Below, one piece after another: positions 37,210 to 50,660 of a stretch of 64,000 nt of DNA; position 1 is the stretch's first letter, and each line of letters opens with the position of its first letter. Made by a program: the position numbers and the translations under genes. This DNA is from Saccostrea echinata (Eukaryota), in NCBI RefSeq assembly GCF_033153115.1, contig NW_026889750.1, forward strand, positions 27,280,001-27,344,000. Reading direction: 5' to 3'. Below the pieces are notes generated by a model, which was not told the DNA's origin, searched no databases, and was given only the letters and a program-made list of their open reading frames with translations.

Positions 37210-37575
37210 AATTATGAACAGCGCCAAAAAACGGACTCCTGGAAACACCAGAGCTTGAATAAGATGCCTAGGAGGAGTAAGCATCCTCGGTCGACCGATC
37301 ACTTTCGAAGTGAGCTCTTTTTTAAGTCAAAATTATGGCCTAACAAACTATGGACTAACAATGAAACACGTCAGTCAAAATACGAACCAATAAAATAGGT
37401 TGTATTTGCAAACAAAATCATTATATCGATCATGGAATTTGTAAAATGCTAACTCTAAACGAGGAAGCCTTGTAACATCAATTTATTTGTCAGTAGGCTG
37501 CCTCAGTTTAAAAATTGATCATATCAGGAATATGCTCTTGTTTACCGAGTCAGTTAGGATACGTAAATACCTTAG
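37210..37575 (-). mobile_element. Degenerate Naiad-type Penelope 3' fragment
   Basis: Homologous by eye to 35470-35925 and 50120-50660. Confidence 0.6.
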
Positions 37576-38229
37576 AATGTCATGAGTCCACTTGTTGCCG
37601 TGGGGCCCTGAAAGACTACACTGAATTGTTTTGACGGGCAGGACGCAGTGATGTCTTTTGGGGAAATTACAAATTCTCATTGTTTTTCTTATTTATAGAC
37701 CAATCACATCAAGCATACACATCTTTCTATGACTATCAACCTGTAACACGTGTATTGAGGTGTTAACTGTTGATCAGTTATGAACAATAGAATTTCACAT
37801 ACTGCATTTACTCAGTAAAAAAATCAGGTACTGAGTACTTGTATTTATGTTTTTCTTTTGCATTTTTAAAAATAAATTCACTACAGAGTAATAAATATTG
37901 ATCGAACTCTGAACTTACTTTCTGTTTACATTTTATGTCAATTTATAAAACCCCTGTTTGATTTGTGCTTTTCTACGTCAGAAGCGGGTATGAAATAAAA
38001 AAAAAATGAATAAAGTTTGTAATGGGTACAAAGACCACAATTGGACTCAAGACCTCTGGCGTTCTGAGAATATTAATACTGAAATATAACTGCACAAAAT
38101 ATGGAAAGTTGTAAAGTCACCATGTTTGTTTTATAGTTTAGCTGTTTCTTTGGCCATTAACGTCTATTGTCAGTAAACCAATGCAGTGTAAACCAAAGAG
38201 GTGTATGCTACCCTTCAAGGACTCACGCA

Positions 38230-38640
38230 GAGTTCAGTGGAATATATCGAGTCGACATATGAAGGAAAATGATAAACCGTCAACGAAATGTCTAAATGAC
38301 TAGTAGAAGGCCACATCAAGAGTTTTCTTCCTCTAATAATTTTTATATGTTAATAAAGGAGCATAATTTGTGCTCATCGAATTCCAACAGATTGTTGAAA
38401 GACTGGTCTTCAAAGACATAGATATTGTCAGGAAGAACTTTTTAATATCAATTCAGAGTGTTTATATGTAGAATCAAAATGATTTTTAACGAAGTAACTT
38501 TGAAGATGACGAATCAAAATAAATGAAAATTTGCGAGCTTTATTTTTATTTAGAAAGCATTTGTCTATAACCTCAAATGGGCTGCTCTTTAATTTATCGT
38601 GAGGAATGGATGTCATGTTTTCATGCTTTTGGTGTTTGAA
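38230..38640 (-). mobile_element. Degenerate Naiad-type Penelope RT fragment
   Basis: TSIPHDKLKS..F.VIDKCF.NKN..RKFS; homologous to 52100-52810. Confidence 0.65.
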
Positions 38641-38866
38641 AAGTTTTGAGATTTTAAATTTTTCAAAAGTTCTTTTAAAATCCATAATTGATATACACCA
38701 TGTGTTGAATATGAAGTGGCACAATACGTCTGAAATGACCAATCACAAGATATGAGTTTCCGAGATCCATTTTTAATGTCTATAACTTTGTCTATGATGT
38801 CAAAAAAGGTAAGGTAAACGCAAAATAGGGAATAGTGTAAGAAAGGACATAGGGGATGTCAAGATA

Positions 38867-39246
38867 AACAAGTGGCGCATCCTGAGTTACTATGGCCCTT
38901 ATGTTCTTCATCAACAGATTCTTTTTCCTATATACTATTATGTAAAACTTTGATCACATATTATATTTTGACCCCACTCTACCTCAGGGAGTCATGATTT
39001 GAACAAACTTCAATTTACACTATCTGAAGATGCTTCTATAGAATTATGACTAACCATGGATTTGCCGTTCTTGAGAAGTTTTAAAAAGATTTTTCCTATC
39101 TATTCCTATGTAAAGCTTTGATTGTCCCTTGTTGCACCACCCTACTCCCGGGAGGTTATGATTTGAACAAAATTGATTCTACACTACCTGCAGATGCTTT
39201 CAAACAAACATGACTAATCATGGCTTTGCTGTTCGTGGGAAAAAGA
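38867..39246 (+). mobile_element. 5' part of a HINE with ~166-bp units, running into an assembly gap
   Basis: AACAAG start followed by the same unit as 23626-25434. Confidence 0.75.
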
Positions 39247-39391
39247 NNNNNNNNNNNNNNNNNNNNNNNNNNNNNNNNNNNNNNNNNNNNNNNNNNNNNN
39301 NNNNNNNNNNNNNNNNNNNNNNNNNNNNNNNNNNNNNNNNNNNNNNNNNNNNNNNNNNNNNNNNNNNNNNNNNNNNNNNNNNNNNNNNNNN
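39247..39391. other. Assembly gap
   Basis: N run. Confidence 1.
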
Positions 39392-40250
39392 AAATTTGAT
39401 ATAAGACTGTTTTTAACATATTTCTTAAGCGACATAACATTATTTCACACAAAAATTATATTTTTCATATATCTGTGGAATGCTATTCTTCCTATAAACA
39501 TACTGTCGTTTGTTAAAATAGCTGTACTTCAAATTAAACTACATGTATGCATATTTCTTAAAATCGCAATTTTACAAATGTATGGATATGTCATTTAAAA
39601 AAAGAAATTCGATTTACTTGAATGTTGAAAATGACTTTCTCAAAAGAAAAAATTATTATCGACACATACGACCACGTTGGTAGGCAAAGATTCCTGTATA
39701 ATTATTTATATACTTATGTATACATTCAGTACACGTAACAGAGAATAAATGAAGCTAACGTAAGAAACCTAATTTAAATTCTATTCATTCCCAAAAAATA
39801 TTTCCTATATCGGTGTTCTGGTTCTGCTCAAGAAAGTGCATTAATCCTATAGGTACAATGTAACTCAGTTGTCAATGACACCAGATTGAAATTGGGTTGA
39901 ATTAATTTCCATTCCGTATGGGATTGGAGGTTTTTAACATTTAGGTCACAGATATGTTGCTGTTGGTTTTTTGTCCGTCTTTGACCAACAATGTTTTTCC
40001 TCTAACCCCCCCCCCCCCATTACATGTTTTATGTCCTGCAAGTTGGATGGACAGATGGACATGTAAAATCCATTATGAAGACTTGGACCTTCTCACTGAA
40101 TTATAGTTTAAGTGCAAGTATATAATAAAAATAGAATATTTAAACTTACTTTGTTTAAAAAACCCAGAATCTGTTGAATTGTTTGTTTTAGCAAAAGTCC
40201 CTATTTCGTTAAATGACTAAAAATATTACACATTGCTTCATACAGACACA

Positions 40251-40253
<3 letters not shown>

Positions 40254-40331
<78 letters not shown>
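40254..40331. repeat. (TA)n microsatellite
   Basis: Visible directly in the sequence. Confidence 0.95.
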
Positions 40332-40333
<2 letters not shown>

Positions 40334-40879
40334 GACGTTAAGGCGTCATGGTAAATATGTCTGCAGAGCTGAAGTTGTTCATAACATGATATTCAGTGAA
40401 ACAAAGTTGTTTATTATTTATATTTGCATTTTGTGTTGTCAAGAATATCAGAGGAAATCATGACTGGATTAGTGCACGACTGCCTGTTTCCTTTGAAAAA
40501 AAAAAATGAATCAGCAGACCCGATTTATTCATCTTATTTCCAATTAATCACACACAATAAACACATTAGATGCTTACAAATCCCCGTTATCTGCTTACAG
40601 GCCGCTCAGTTTTCCAATTCTCATAATATTTTGTTTTGATTCAGTTAATATATTAATATGAAAAAAGTTTCCGATTTTATACTGCTTTTAAATTATAAGC
40701 ATGTTTTTTTTAAAATCATTTAAGATCTTGAAATAGATACAGAAATTTCGCTTTGTCTTAACTTCACAGAAACCCGGGCGTGAAGAATTATCGTTCTCTG
40801 CAACTACATGTATATGCGTAAAAATATACAAATTTATTAATAACAGATCAATCAGCTCTGTTTTGATCTAATTTGGAGA

Positions 40880-41870
40880 AAGTTTTATTATAAATGATAT
40901 CTTGAATGAATTAGACCCAGATATTAAATTTACAATGGAAAAAAAAGTTCCACTCAGCTACCGTTTTTAGATGTGTTAATCTGTATTTCTACAGATATAT
41001 TTTATAAAAATACTGACACTCATCAGTATTTGCATTTTGGTTCTTCCCACCCAAGACACACTAAAAGAGCAATACCATACAACCTAGCCCGAAGAATATG
41101 CACAATAGTCAGTGAGGAAGAAACCAGAAATCAACGTCTGGAGGAATTGAAAATATATCTCACATACCAACATTATCCTTTAAACTTAATTAACGACGGC
41201 ATCAAGAAAGCAAAGGAACTAGACAGGCAAGAATTAATTTACCCAACTACTAAGGATGTACAGGAAATTAAAATGTTACCACTAGTCACAACTTACAACC
41301 CTTACAACCAAAATATTACTCATATCGTTCAAAATCTCAATGATATCCTCAAAACAGATGAAGAAATGTCAAGGTTTTTATCAAAATTTGTTTAAATATA
41401 TAAACAGCAAAAGGCAGCCAAAAAACCTCAGAAGAATGCTCTGTCCTTCCAAAATAAGGAAATCTACAAAATCCGTGACGAAGTGTAAAAACCCGCGATG
41501 TGGCACATGTCCTTTTTTAAGACAAGGAACGTCATTTAATTTCAGAGGAAAAGATTTTTTTTTATTAATTCGGACATGACATGTGGGTCCAAAAATTTAA
41601 TATATGTCATTACTTGCGAGGGTGTAACCAATTCTACATCGGTGAAACGGGGGACCACATTGAGAGCCAGAATCCGGATGCATAAACAACACATTGAAGT
41701 CCCCGAGTACCGCAAGATGAAACTCAGCGAACATGAAGATATATGCGGACACGTACGGACAATTTAAAGTATTTCCTTTTTATAAACATTTTAGAGAATA
41801 TATAATTGAAAGAAGAGAAAAAGAAAAACATTTCATTCAAAAATTTCAACCCAGTCTTAACAGTTGATTT
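40880..41870 (+). mobile_element. Penelope-like element (Neptune-type): RT thumb, Cys-rich linker and GIY-YIG endonuclease; 5'-truncated and frameshifted
   Basis: IKFTME..LPFLDVLI, TDIFYKNTDTHQYLHFGSSHPRHTKRAIPYNLARRI, linker CKNPRCGTC, NLIYVITC..C.QFYIGETG..LRARIRMH. Confidence 0.9.
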
Positions 41871-42160
41871 AATTTGATTTCTGACAAAACTTTCACACAG
41901 AGTATAACCTTCCCGTGTTCTCCATTTAGTAATATAAACACTGTATGTTGGATTTGGTTTCAGAGGTGTGAACATACTGCAAGCATTTTATAGCTAGCTG
42001 TCAGATTCAATTGTAGATAATGATTTTTAAAGTATTAATAGTTTTGTTAGACATTAAAGTCAAGAAAACGTTATTATGTATTTGATAATAATGAAAGCAA
42101 TAACGTTTAAACCTGTGTTGCCTTTCTTTTTTTAATTTTATCCATATAAAAACCGGACAC

Positions 42161-42291
42161 NNNNNNNNNNNNNNNNNNNNNNNNNNNNNNNNNNNNNNNN
42201 NNNNNNNNNNNNNNNNNNNNNNNNNNNNNNNNNNNNNNNNNNNNNNNNNNNNNNNNNNNNNNNNNNNNNNNNNNNNNNNNNNNNNNNNNNN
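42161..42291. other. Assembly gap
   Basis: N run. Confidence 1.
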
Positions 42292-42404
42292 TGTTCTGTA
42301 CGATTCTCAATCTTTGAAACGAACTACAATCATATCAAAAGACGATCTATTCAGAGTGATATGAATACAACCGGCTAGTGGAGGTTCATAAAGGGAAAAA
42401 CAGC

Positions 42405-42408
<4 letters not shown>

Positions 42409-42488
<80 letters not shown>
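42409..42488. repeat. (TA)n microsatellite
   Basis: Visible directly in the sequence. Confidence 0.95.
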
Positions 42489-42492
<4 letters not shown>

Positions 42493-42519
42493 GTGAATCA
42501 ATGTACAACTTTGATATAC

Positions 42520-43682
42520 CATTCCTGCCCAACCCTACACTGGGTCATAAATTGAACAAACTTCAATCTACACTTCTTCTGGATGATTCCATATAAATAT
42601 GACTGATCATGACTTTGCTGTTCTTCATCACAAGATTTTTAAAAATATTTCCTATGTATTTCTATGTACATGTATAACTTTGATCCCCCTGCTGTGGCCG
42701 TAACCTACCCCAAGTTTGAATTAACACTACCTGAGGGTGCTTCTGTATAAATATGAATAATTATGGCTTTGTTGTTCTTGAGAAGATTTTCCCTATATAT
42801 TCCTCTGTAGAATTTTTGATCCCCTGTTCTGGTCCCAATCATGCCTTGGGGTCATGATTTTCACAATCTTGAATCTAGACTACCTATGGGTGCTTCTATA
42901 TTAATATGACTTATTATGGCATTGCTATTCTTGGAAAGATTTTTTAAAGACGTTTCCTATAAATTCCTATGTAAAACTTTGATCTCCTGTTATGGCTCCA
43001 TCCTAACCCCGGGGGTCATGATTTGAACAAACTTCAACCTACACTACCTGAGGATGCTTCTTAATTAATATGACTAATAATGGCTTTGCTGTTCTTGAGA
43101 AGACGATTTTGTAGATTTTTCCTATTCCGAGGATAAACTTTGATCCCTTGTTGTGGCCCCGCCCTACCACAGGGGGTCATGATTTGAATATACTTAAATT
43201 TACACTACCTGAGAATGCTTCCATATAAATATAAACAATCATGGCTTTGCTGTTCTTAAGAAGAAGATTTTTAAAGATATTTTCCTATATATTTCTATGT
43301 AAAAATTTGATCCCCCATTGTGGCCCCACCCTACCCCCGAGGGTCATGATTTGAGCAAACTTGAATCTACACTACCTGATGATGTTTCCACATAAGTTTC
43401 ATCGTTTCTGGCCCAGTGGTTCTTGAGAAGAAGATTTTTAAAAGACTCAACCAAATATTCACGAATTCCTAATTATCTCCCTCGAAAGAGGGCTTGGCAC
43501 TTTCTGTAAAGAGAGTATTATCCCCTTCACCCAAGAATGTTTCGTGGCAATTTTGGTTGGAATTTGCTCTGTAGTTCTGGAGAAGTCAATAATGTGAAAA
43601 GTTTACAGACGACGGACTCGCCGGACACCCTTCGATCAGAAAAGCCAGCTCACTAAGGCCTTCAGCTCAGGTGAGCTTAAAA
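42520..43682 (+). mobile_element. 3' part of a HINE with a ~166-bp satellite-like array
   Basis: About 6 units, then gtttacagacgacggac and 3' hairpin GCTCACT..CTCAGGTGAGC; same family as 23626-25434. Confidence 0.85.
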
Positions 43683-43968
43683 GTATGACAGATGACAGAT
43701 GAATAGCTCTCACCATTATGTATCAGTGTACGAGTGATAAAATATGTTGAACACATTGAAGCCTTATCAAAACACAAAATGCGGAATAGAGAAGGCAATA
43801 GGGGAGTCAAGACAAAAAATTATTACTCAATTGAATAGTTCTAGCGAATATATGTCAGTGTATGAGTTATCATAAGATAAAGGTCTGAAAATTACGACTC
43901 AGTTGAATAGCTCTCGATAAACAGTTTCAGCGTATAGGCCTGTTTATATAATATACTGAAGAATTTCT

Positions 43969-45640
43969 TTTCAATTCAATTCAATTCAATTTATTCACTC
44001 AAAAACATGTAAATGGTTACATGAGGTACATAAACATATAAAACATATATACATAAAATACAGTGGGTCAAGCAAAAGGTGAGATTAATTAAGCTAGCTA
44101 GGGAGAACAGACCATACTATTAATCTTAGTAATAAATGTACATAATTTTTTCAAAGAATCAACATCATTTTGGCACATAACTTCACAAAACTTCATAGTG
44201 TTTGGCCTAGAACAAAATTTTGGGTTCAAAAAAATTTTCCTTGCTTGGTTTAAAGCACTACATTCTAAAATATAATGATATTCATCTCCTATCTGATTAC
44301 TATCACATAAGCTACAGAATCTTCCACTTCTTTGAGTACCATTCCATCTACCTGTTTCAATTGGAAGGTGGTGGTTTGTGGTTCTAAATTTAACTTAAGT
44401 TTTTCTAAATTTACATGATAACAGTGTTAAATATTTTTCGCACTCAAAATTGGTTTTAAAAATTCTATAATTTAAACTTTTTGAAGATTCTTGAACTTCA
44501 CTATTCCACTTTTGAATATATTGATCTTTTAATCTTTGTTTGACTGTAGCAGTTATCCATTCTACATTATAGAAATATTGCTCATACCATATATTTGATA
44601 AACCACATCTGTCAAAAATATTTTGTACAAATGAAATCCAGGAGTTTATCATTTCTCCTTTATCATATTGTTTACGTAAATACATATATACAATTCTGCA
44701 CAATTTGTTTTCTTTCCCATACACAAGTTTTGCCCAATATTTTACCATTCTTGGGTAAATATTTATATATGATGGAAACCGTCCAGTTTCTCCATAAATC
44801 ATATTACTTGGAGTGGTACTTTTTTAATTCAATATATGTTTCAGAAAACGTAAATGTACTCGTTCAATAATATCAATATTTTCATAACCCCATATTTCAC
44901 AGCCATATAACAATACTGGTAAAACTACTTTATCAAACAGATCCAATTGACATTCGAAGGGTAGATTAAATTGTCTAATTTTACGTATCACACCATACAT
45001 TGCCTTTTGTGCTTGTTTACATAGGTGTTTTCTTGCTTTACATAATGAGCCTGTACGAGAAAATACAATCCCCAAATAATTAAAATCTTTGACTACTTCT
45101 ATGACACTGCCGTTATATGTAAAAATATTTTTTGGTTGTCTACCCTTTGAGAAAATAAGTATCTTTGTTTTCTTAATATTCACACACAATTTCCATTTTT
45201 CACAATATACGTAAAATTCATTTAATGCTCTTTGAAGATCGTCAGCAAGTATTACAGTATCGTCGGCATAAAATAAGATAAACAATTTCATAATCAAAAA
45301 CAGCTCATCCTCTATACCTTTGCTAATGCTAGACAAACCGACAATATTCTTTTCTATCAAAAAATCTTCCAGGTCTTTAATATACAATGAGAATAAGAAG
45401 GGCGATAAGTTTTCCCCTTGTCGTACACCAACATTAAAGTTAAAAAATTCTGATGACACACCATTCATCTGTATTTTAGATTTGATACCATTATACATAT
45501 ATCTAATAAAAGTAAAACATTTACCGTTAACCCCACTTCTGAAAAGTTTACACCAAAGACCATCTCGCCATACTGTATCAAATGCTTGTTTGAAATCTAT
45601 AAATGCACAAAACAATTTTCTTCTGCTGTTAATTACATTT
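43969..45640 (-). mobile_element. 5'-truncated CR1/L2-group LINE with intact 3' end
   Basis: RT motifs CAFIDFKQAFD, GVRQGENLSPFLF, YADDT, YLG; C-terminal IETGRW..C..C..GDEYHYILEC; AATAAA followed by an (ATTGA)n tail at 43969-43995. Confidence 0.92.
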
Positions 45641-46181
45641 AACGGAAAGTGTGACGGACAGACAGAAGAACGGAATGTTGGATTTAAAAAAACGACAAAC
45701 ATGACAAACACTATACATGTGCATCTAAGCCATTTTCATGGCAGGCAAAATCAGAGACGAGTAAAAATCCCAAGTTTATAAGAGAAGATTGTTAATGAAT
45801 CCCCGACTATATAAATCCATGATGCGTGAAGATAATTAATGTTAAGTTTATATCACTTTTCACAAAAAATTCTGAAGGGTTTTTGCCTAGAAATTTTAAC
45901 TTACAAATCTCGAAAACATGAAACACAAAAAGGTGCGTTCAATGCTTTTCACAAGCGGATTCGTAACACTCTGAAATTAAGACTTCGCTTATGATAACAT
46001 CTTCCTAAGCCAAAAAAATTACTGAATACGCTTCATTATCCTTTGAAATGTGGATGCAAATGGGAAAAAAAAAAATGAAATTTTCAAAACTGGTAAGCAA
46101 AATAAAAATCTAGAGTGCAATTTTAATTTGAAATCCGACATCACAATTACATCTGTGCGGAAGATATAGTTCATAAACATG

Positions 46182-46183
<2 letters not shown>

Positions 46184-46269
<86 letters not shown>
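46184..46269. repeat. (TA)n microsatellite
   Basis: Visible directly in the sequence. Confidence 0.95.
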
Positions 46270-46272
<3 letters not shown>

Positions 46273-47555
46273 ACATTATTAGTTCTAGAACTTACTATGT
46301 TACTTACAAGAGGGTTAATAGGTAACAGCGTATTTTACACGAAAACATTTCATAAGAATTTATGTGAAATTGAACTAAATTGTAAGTTTTCTTCAAAATA
46401 AAAATTCAACCCTTAGATTTTTTGTGAAAATGGCTATTGGTCTGAAGGCCTCGTAAGTCTTAGTTTCTTATGGTAGCAATCGTAGAAATAACATATTTTG
46501 AGACCAATTATCCTAAAGACGACACGATGTCTGAACAGGACAAAAATTAAAAAAAAATAAAGAATTTAAGTAAACTGAATGCATACTAGGAAAGGGATAA
46601 AGAATGCCAAACATACCTGGTCAAATAATGAATATTTTATAGAACTTCTCTGCATGTGGAAAATTTAGGGCATCAGCCGCACATCTACTTTTCATAACGG
46701 TACAACAAATAATATCCAACTGGGATTTCAAGCTGACATACCATGTTCCTTGCATGTTAGTAAGCAGAAAAATATTGTTCTTCAAGCATATAAAATTAAA
46801 TGCGCAAACAAATAACGCAATGATCAAATCGTGAACTGCAAAGCAGTATTTTCTGTTGTGTGAAGTTATCACCCTTATAATTATAAATTACATTCATTTT
46901 TTGCAAAAGTAAACAATTCTGGTCAATCCAATTTAAAATAAAAAGATCAAGAATAGACATTATATGATTTCTTTTAAAATACCGATAAGAATTTCCTCTT
47001 TTTTGTAGAATAAGTATTTGTTCATTTTTTTAATTCTAAATAAACTACGAAAAATTGATGTATTATGCATATATATAATTTATTTCATAGCATCAAAGTG
47101 TAAGACGGACGACAAATAAGGAGATAGAGAGATGGGGAGAGAGGTGAAAAAGAGATTGGAGAGTAGAGGGAAGAGAAAGATGGTGGAAAATTTGATAGAA
47201 TGCAGAGAGAGTGTGTGGGGAGAGTTAATTGTATTTAAAACATTGCTGTGACGTCATGCCTTTGTTCTTGCAGTCTAAAAATTTACCTGTAGCCGTCCGA
47301 TAATAATAATTAGCAGTCCAATAATATATTATCGGACGGCAGTGATAACAAAATCGGCCAGTAGTTAAAAAACAACAACTAGAGTGAAATCAAGGTTTAA
47401 TTTGTCCAGAAACCAAAAAAAAAGTTAGGGAGAAAAAATTCAGAGAAAGCGAACGCGAGAAATTAAGTTGTTAAAAATAGCAAATCCAAGAAGAAACTGG
47501 AGTTTTAACCTTCTTCAAAAGTAACACTTCCCATTGTTTTTTTTTTGTTTTGTTT

Positions 47556-47586
<31 letters not shown>

Positions 47587-48105
47587 TTTTTGCAAAGCGT
47601 TTTCGATACAGCACTGTGAATAAACCAATTTAAATCCATTTCTGATAGAGAACCAGTCTGCGAATCTCTTCATTTAACGAGGTTTGTTCGCCAATGACCA
47701 CAATTTTAAAACCCAAGATTTTCATTATATCATCCAATCAAAATTTTAGATAAAAATCCGCATTTTTACTCAAAATACATTTTGAAGATATCATCCAACA
47801 CTGTATCTGTATCAATGTCAAACGCACTTAATAAAAAAAAAAAATTCTGAATCATAAAAAAATCCTTCATCACCTGACCACTGTCCATAGTTCCTGCTAA
47901 GCCAAACGACTGCCATTGAATGAATGAAACAAAAGAGTTAACTCACTGATTTTACTGTCTAAAGAAAAAAAAAACTTTCTCTTTTCTTTTGTCTACTTAT
48001 TAGATGGTTTCAGGTAGAAGACTATTGATGCCTGAACTCCTATTGTGTAATTATCGGACTCCTCCAGGTAACTTTTGGACATTTAAATAGCAATGTTTTA
48101 AGTAA

Positions 48106-48216
48106 GATATATGCCTCATATAATTCTATATGTAAAATTATCAGACTGTTTTCGGCCCTAACGGGCCTCAAACAGTCTGATAATTTTACATATAGAACAG
48201 TATTCGGCATATATCC
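48106..48216. repeat. Long hairpin (Crypton-like non-autonomous element end)
   Basis: TTCTATATGTAAAATTATCAGACTGTTT..GGCCC TAAC GGGCC..AAACAGTCTGATAATTTTACATATAGAA. Confidence 0.75.
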
Positions 48217-49372
48217 ATTACATAAACTGGAAAATCAAAAATTCAAGTGAGCTTTTCTGATCACAATTTGTCCTTTGTCTGTCGTTGTCATCGTAATTTT
48301 TTTGCAAAAGCAGCCTTAGGTAAAGGGTGTTCAAGTTTATTCAAATGAACGGCCACGCCCTCTTTCAAGGGGAGATAATTCAGAAATAATGAAATATTAG
48401 TGGCATCTTTAAAAAATCTTCTTCTCAAGAACCAGGATCAAAGTTTAACATAGGAATATAAAAGATTATAGTTACTCATTGAAGATAGGAGTTAAATTAG
48501 CTTAGAGGCTGTTGATATTCCAAATCTCAAGTAATTTTACTTCTCGATCCAGAGATCAATGTAGACAGGTTCTAAAAAACATTAACTAGTTTAACCGAAT
48601 ATTTTAAAGTTAAACTTTTGACGAGAAACATGTTCCTAAGTTTAAGTTGTCATTATTTCATACCTTTCAATAATTAGAACTTTTCTCTAAATGCTTAGTT
48701 CACAAGTTGAATTTGATTTTTATACATTTGAAGCTATAGGCATTTTGTTTAAAAAAGTCATGATTTCTTGGGATTTGAACCCAAGCGATAAAAATACCCA
48801 GTATCAGTTTTGACACGCTTAGCGCTTCACCACAAAACTCGTAACAGATAGCGGCATTTAAATCTTCGTGACACGACCCTTGAATAACTGGATTTCAAAC
48901 AGCTCTCGGAAAGATAAGAAATTTTTATTATAAAACTGTATTTTTATGGTAGAGTGGGCCCTTGCTTCAAAGATTAAAAAATACGCGGTCTTGTTGCACA
49001 GAAAAAAAAACCGACGACATAATCAAGCCATAAAGACATACATAATGTAAAAGAATCTTTACTTAAGTTATCGTCATCGATATTTCATGCAAAATTGATA
49101 TCAATTTTGTTTTATTTATATAAAAAAGTCACGGTGCAATAAAATTTTCGACGTCACAGGCATTATAAAAAATGTGACCTTTTATTTTCTCAACATTTCC
49201 CTTAGTGTTTGATACTGTACAATTTTGGGTTACCTTATTCACTCAGCATAAATATCCATATACCATTTCTTATCCTGCTATAGGTGAAATGTTCCTCTGA
49301 TAATAGAAATACTTTTCCACGGAATTTCTTTCAAGCTGTCCAATGAATTGTCTTTAGTTACCACAGTTTAAT

Positions 49373-49506
49373 NNNNNNNNNNNNNNNNNNNNNNNNNNNN
49401 NNNNNNNNNNNNNNNNNNNNNNNNNNNNNNNNNNNNNNNNNNNNNNNNNNNNNNNNNNNNNNNNNNNNNNNNNNNNNNNNNNNNNNNNNNNNNNNNNNNN
49501 NNNNNN
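49373..49506. other. Assembly gap
   Basis: N run. Confidence 1.
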
Positions 49507-50119
49507 AAATTAATTTAATTATATATTTATATTTATATTTAAATCAATTATAAATTTATATTTACCATTTTACATTATAATTTCAATCAAATCTGAATCT
49601 TGTTACAAATATTAAATTCTATATATTTTTGCCAATATTTTGATAGTTACTAGTCTGACCTAAAACATTTGCACTCAGTTGTATCAAACTATGTCTATGT
49701 CTCAATAAACAATTTTTAAAATTCTGTAGTAATTTATAATGTATCAGTTGCAGAATTTCCATAATTAATAAATTTTTCCCTTAAAAATATTTTGAAGAAA
49801 GAAAACTCTTGTAGATGGAACAAAACTCTTGTAGATGTATGCATTTTTTTTTAATTTTACAAGCACAGGAAACATTGTAATATACATGTATTCTGATTTA
49901 AAAAGTAATGCTTCATTATGTTTTCTAATATGAATTAAATATGTATGACACTAAATATCATTTTCATATGTACCTCATATTTTTTATTTTATATTGAGAT
50001 AATACATGTAAATTATTGATCTTTCTATTCACTGTCTCAAATTTTCTTCATATCATGATTAGACATAACATTAATCTCTGAAAAAAATTAGCAACGCTTC
50101 ATACTTCAGTGAAATATGG

Positions 50120-50660
50120 AGACAACGAACAACACCCAAGCCCAAAGTCCATCTAAACAATACAAATCGGGAGCAGAGCAAACGCGGATCTCCAAAAACA
50201 TCAGAGGTGGGACCAGGTGCCATGGAGGAGTGAGCATCCCCTGCCGACAGATCACATCCGCCGTGTTCTCCTTGTCATGATCGGGAAATAACGGGAAAAT
50301 CCGTACACAATTCAGTGTGCAAATAATGACTTAACAATTAGTATGAAAAACGTCAGTCAGCATTGAGTCAATGATATGTTGTATTTACTGACAAGGTCAT
50401 TGTATTTACCATAGAACTTGCGAAATGATGACTTCAAACGAGACTTGATATCCATGTTTCATCAACTTGTTTGTCAATAGCTTGCCTCGTTTAAGAAATT
50501 GTTCATAAGTAGAGCATGTTCTTGCGTATCGATTCAACTAGGAGACAAAAACCCCATGTCAGGTGGTAAGGGTACATAAGTAAGGGAAGTTGACGATTGA
50601 AAAATTGAAGCCATCACGTTTATCATAAAGCTTTGTTGTTAGGTTACCATTAAAGAGGTT
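50120..50660 (-). mobile_element. Naiad-type Penelope RT C-terminus plus 3' motif
   Basis: KLYDKRDGFNFSIVNFP, S.LNRYARTCS remnants; conserved 3' motif at 50201-50310. Confidence 0.8.

Noticed and set aside
39156-42522. ORFs containing X runs or (YI)n
   Set aside because: Artefacts of N gaps and (TA)n microsatellites.
45320-45781. 153-aa plus-strand ORF
   Set aside because: Antisense shadow of the LINE reverse transcriptase.
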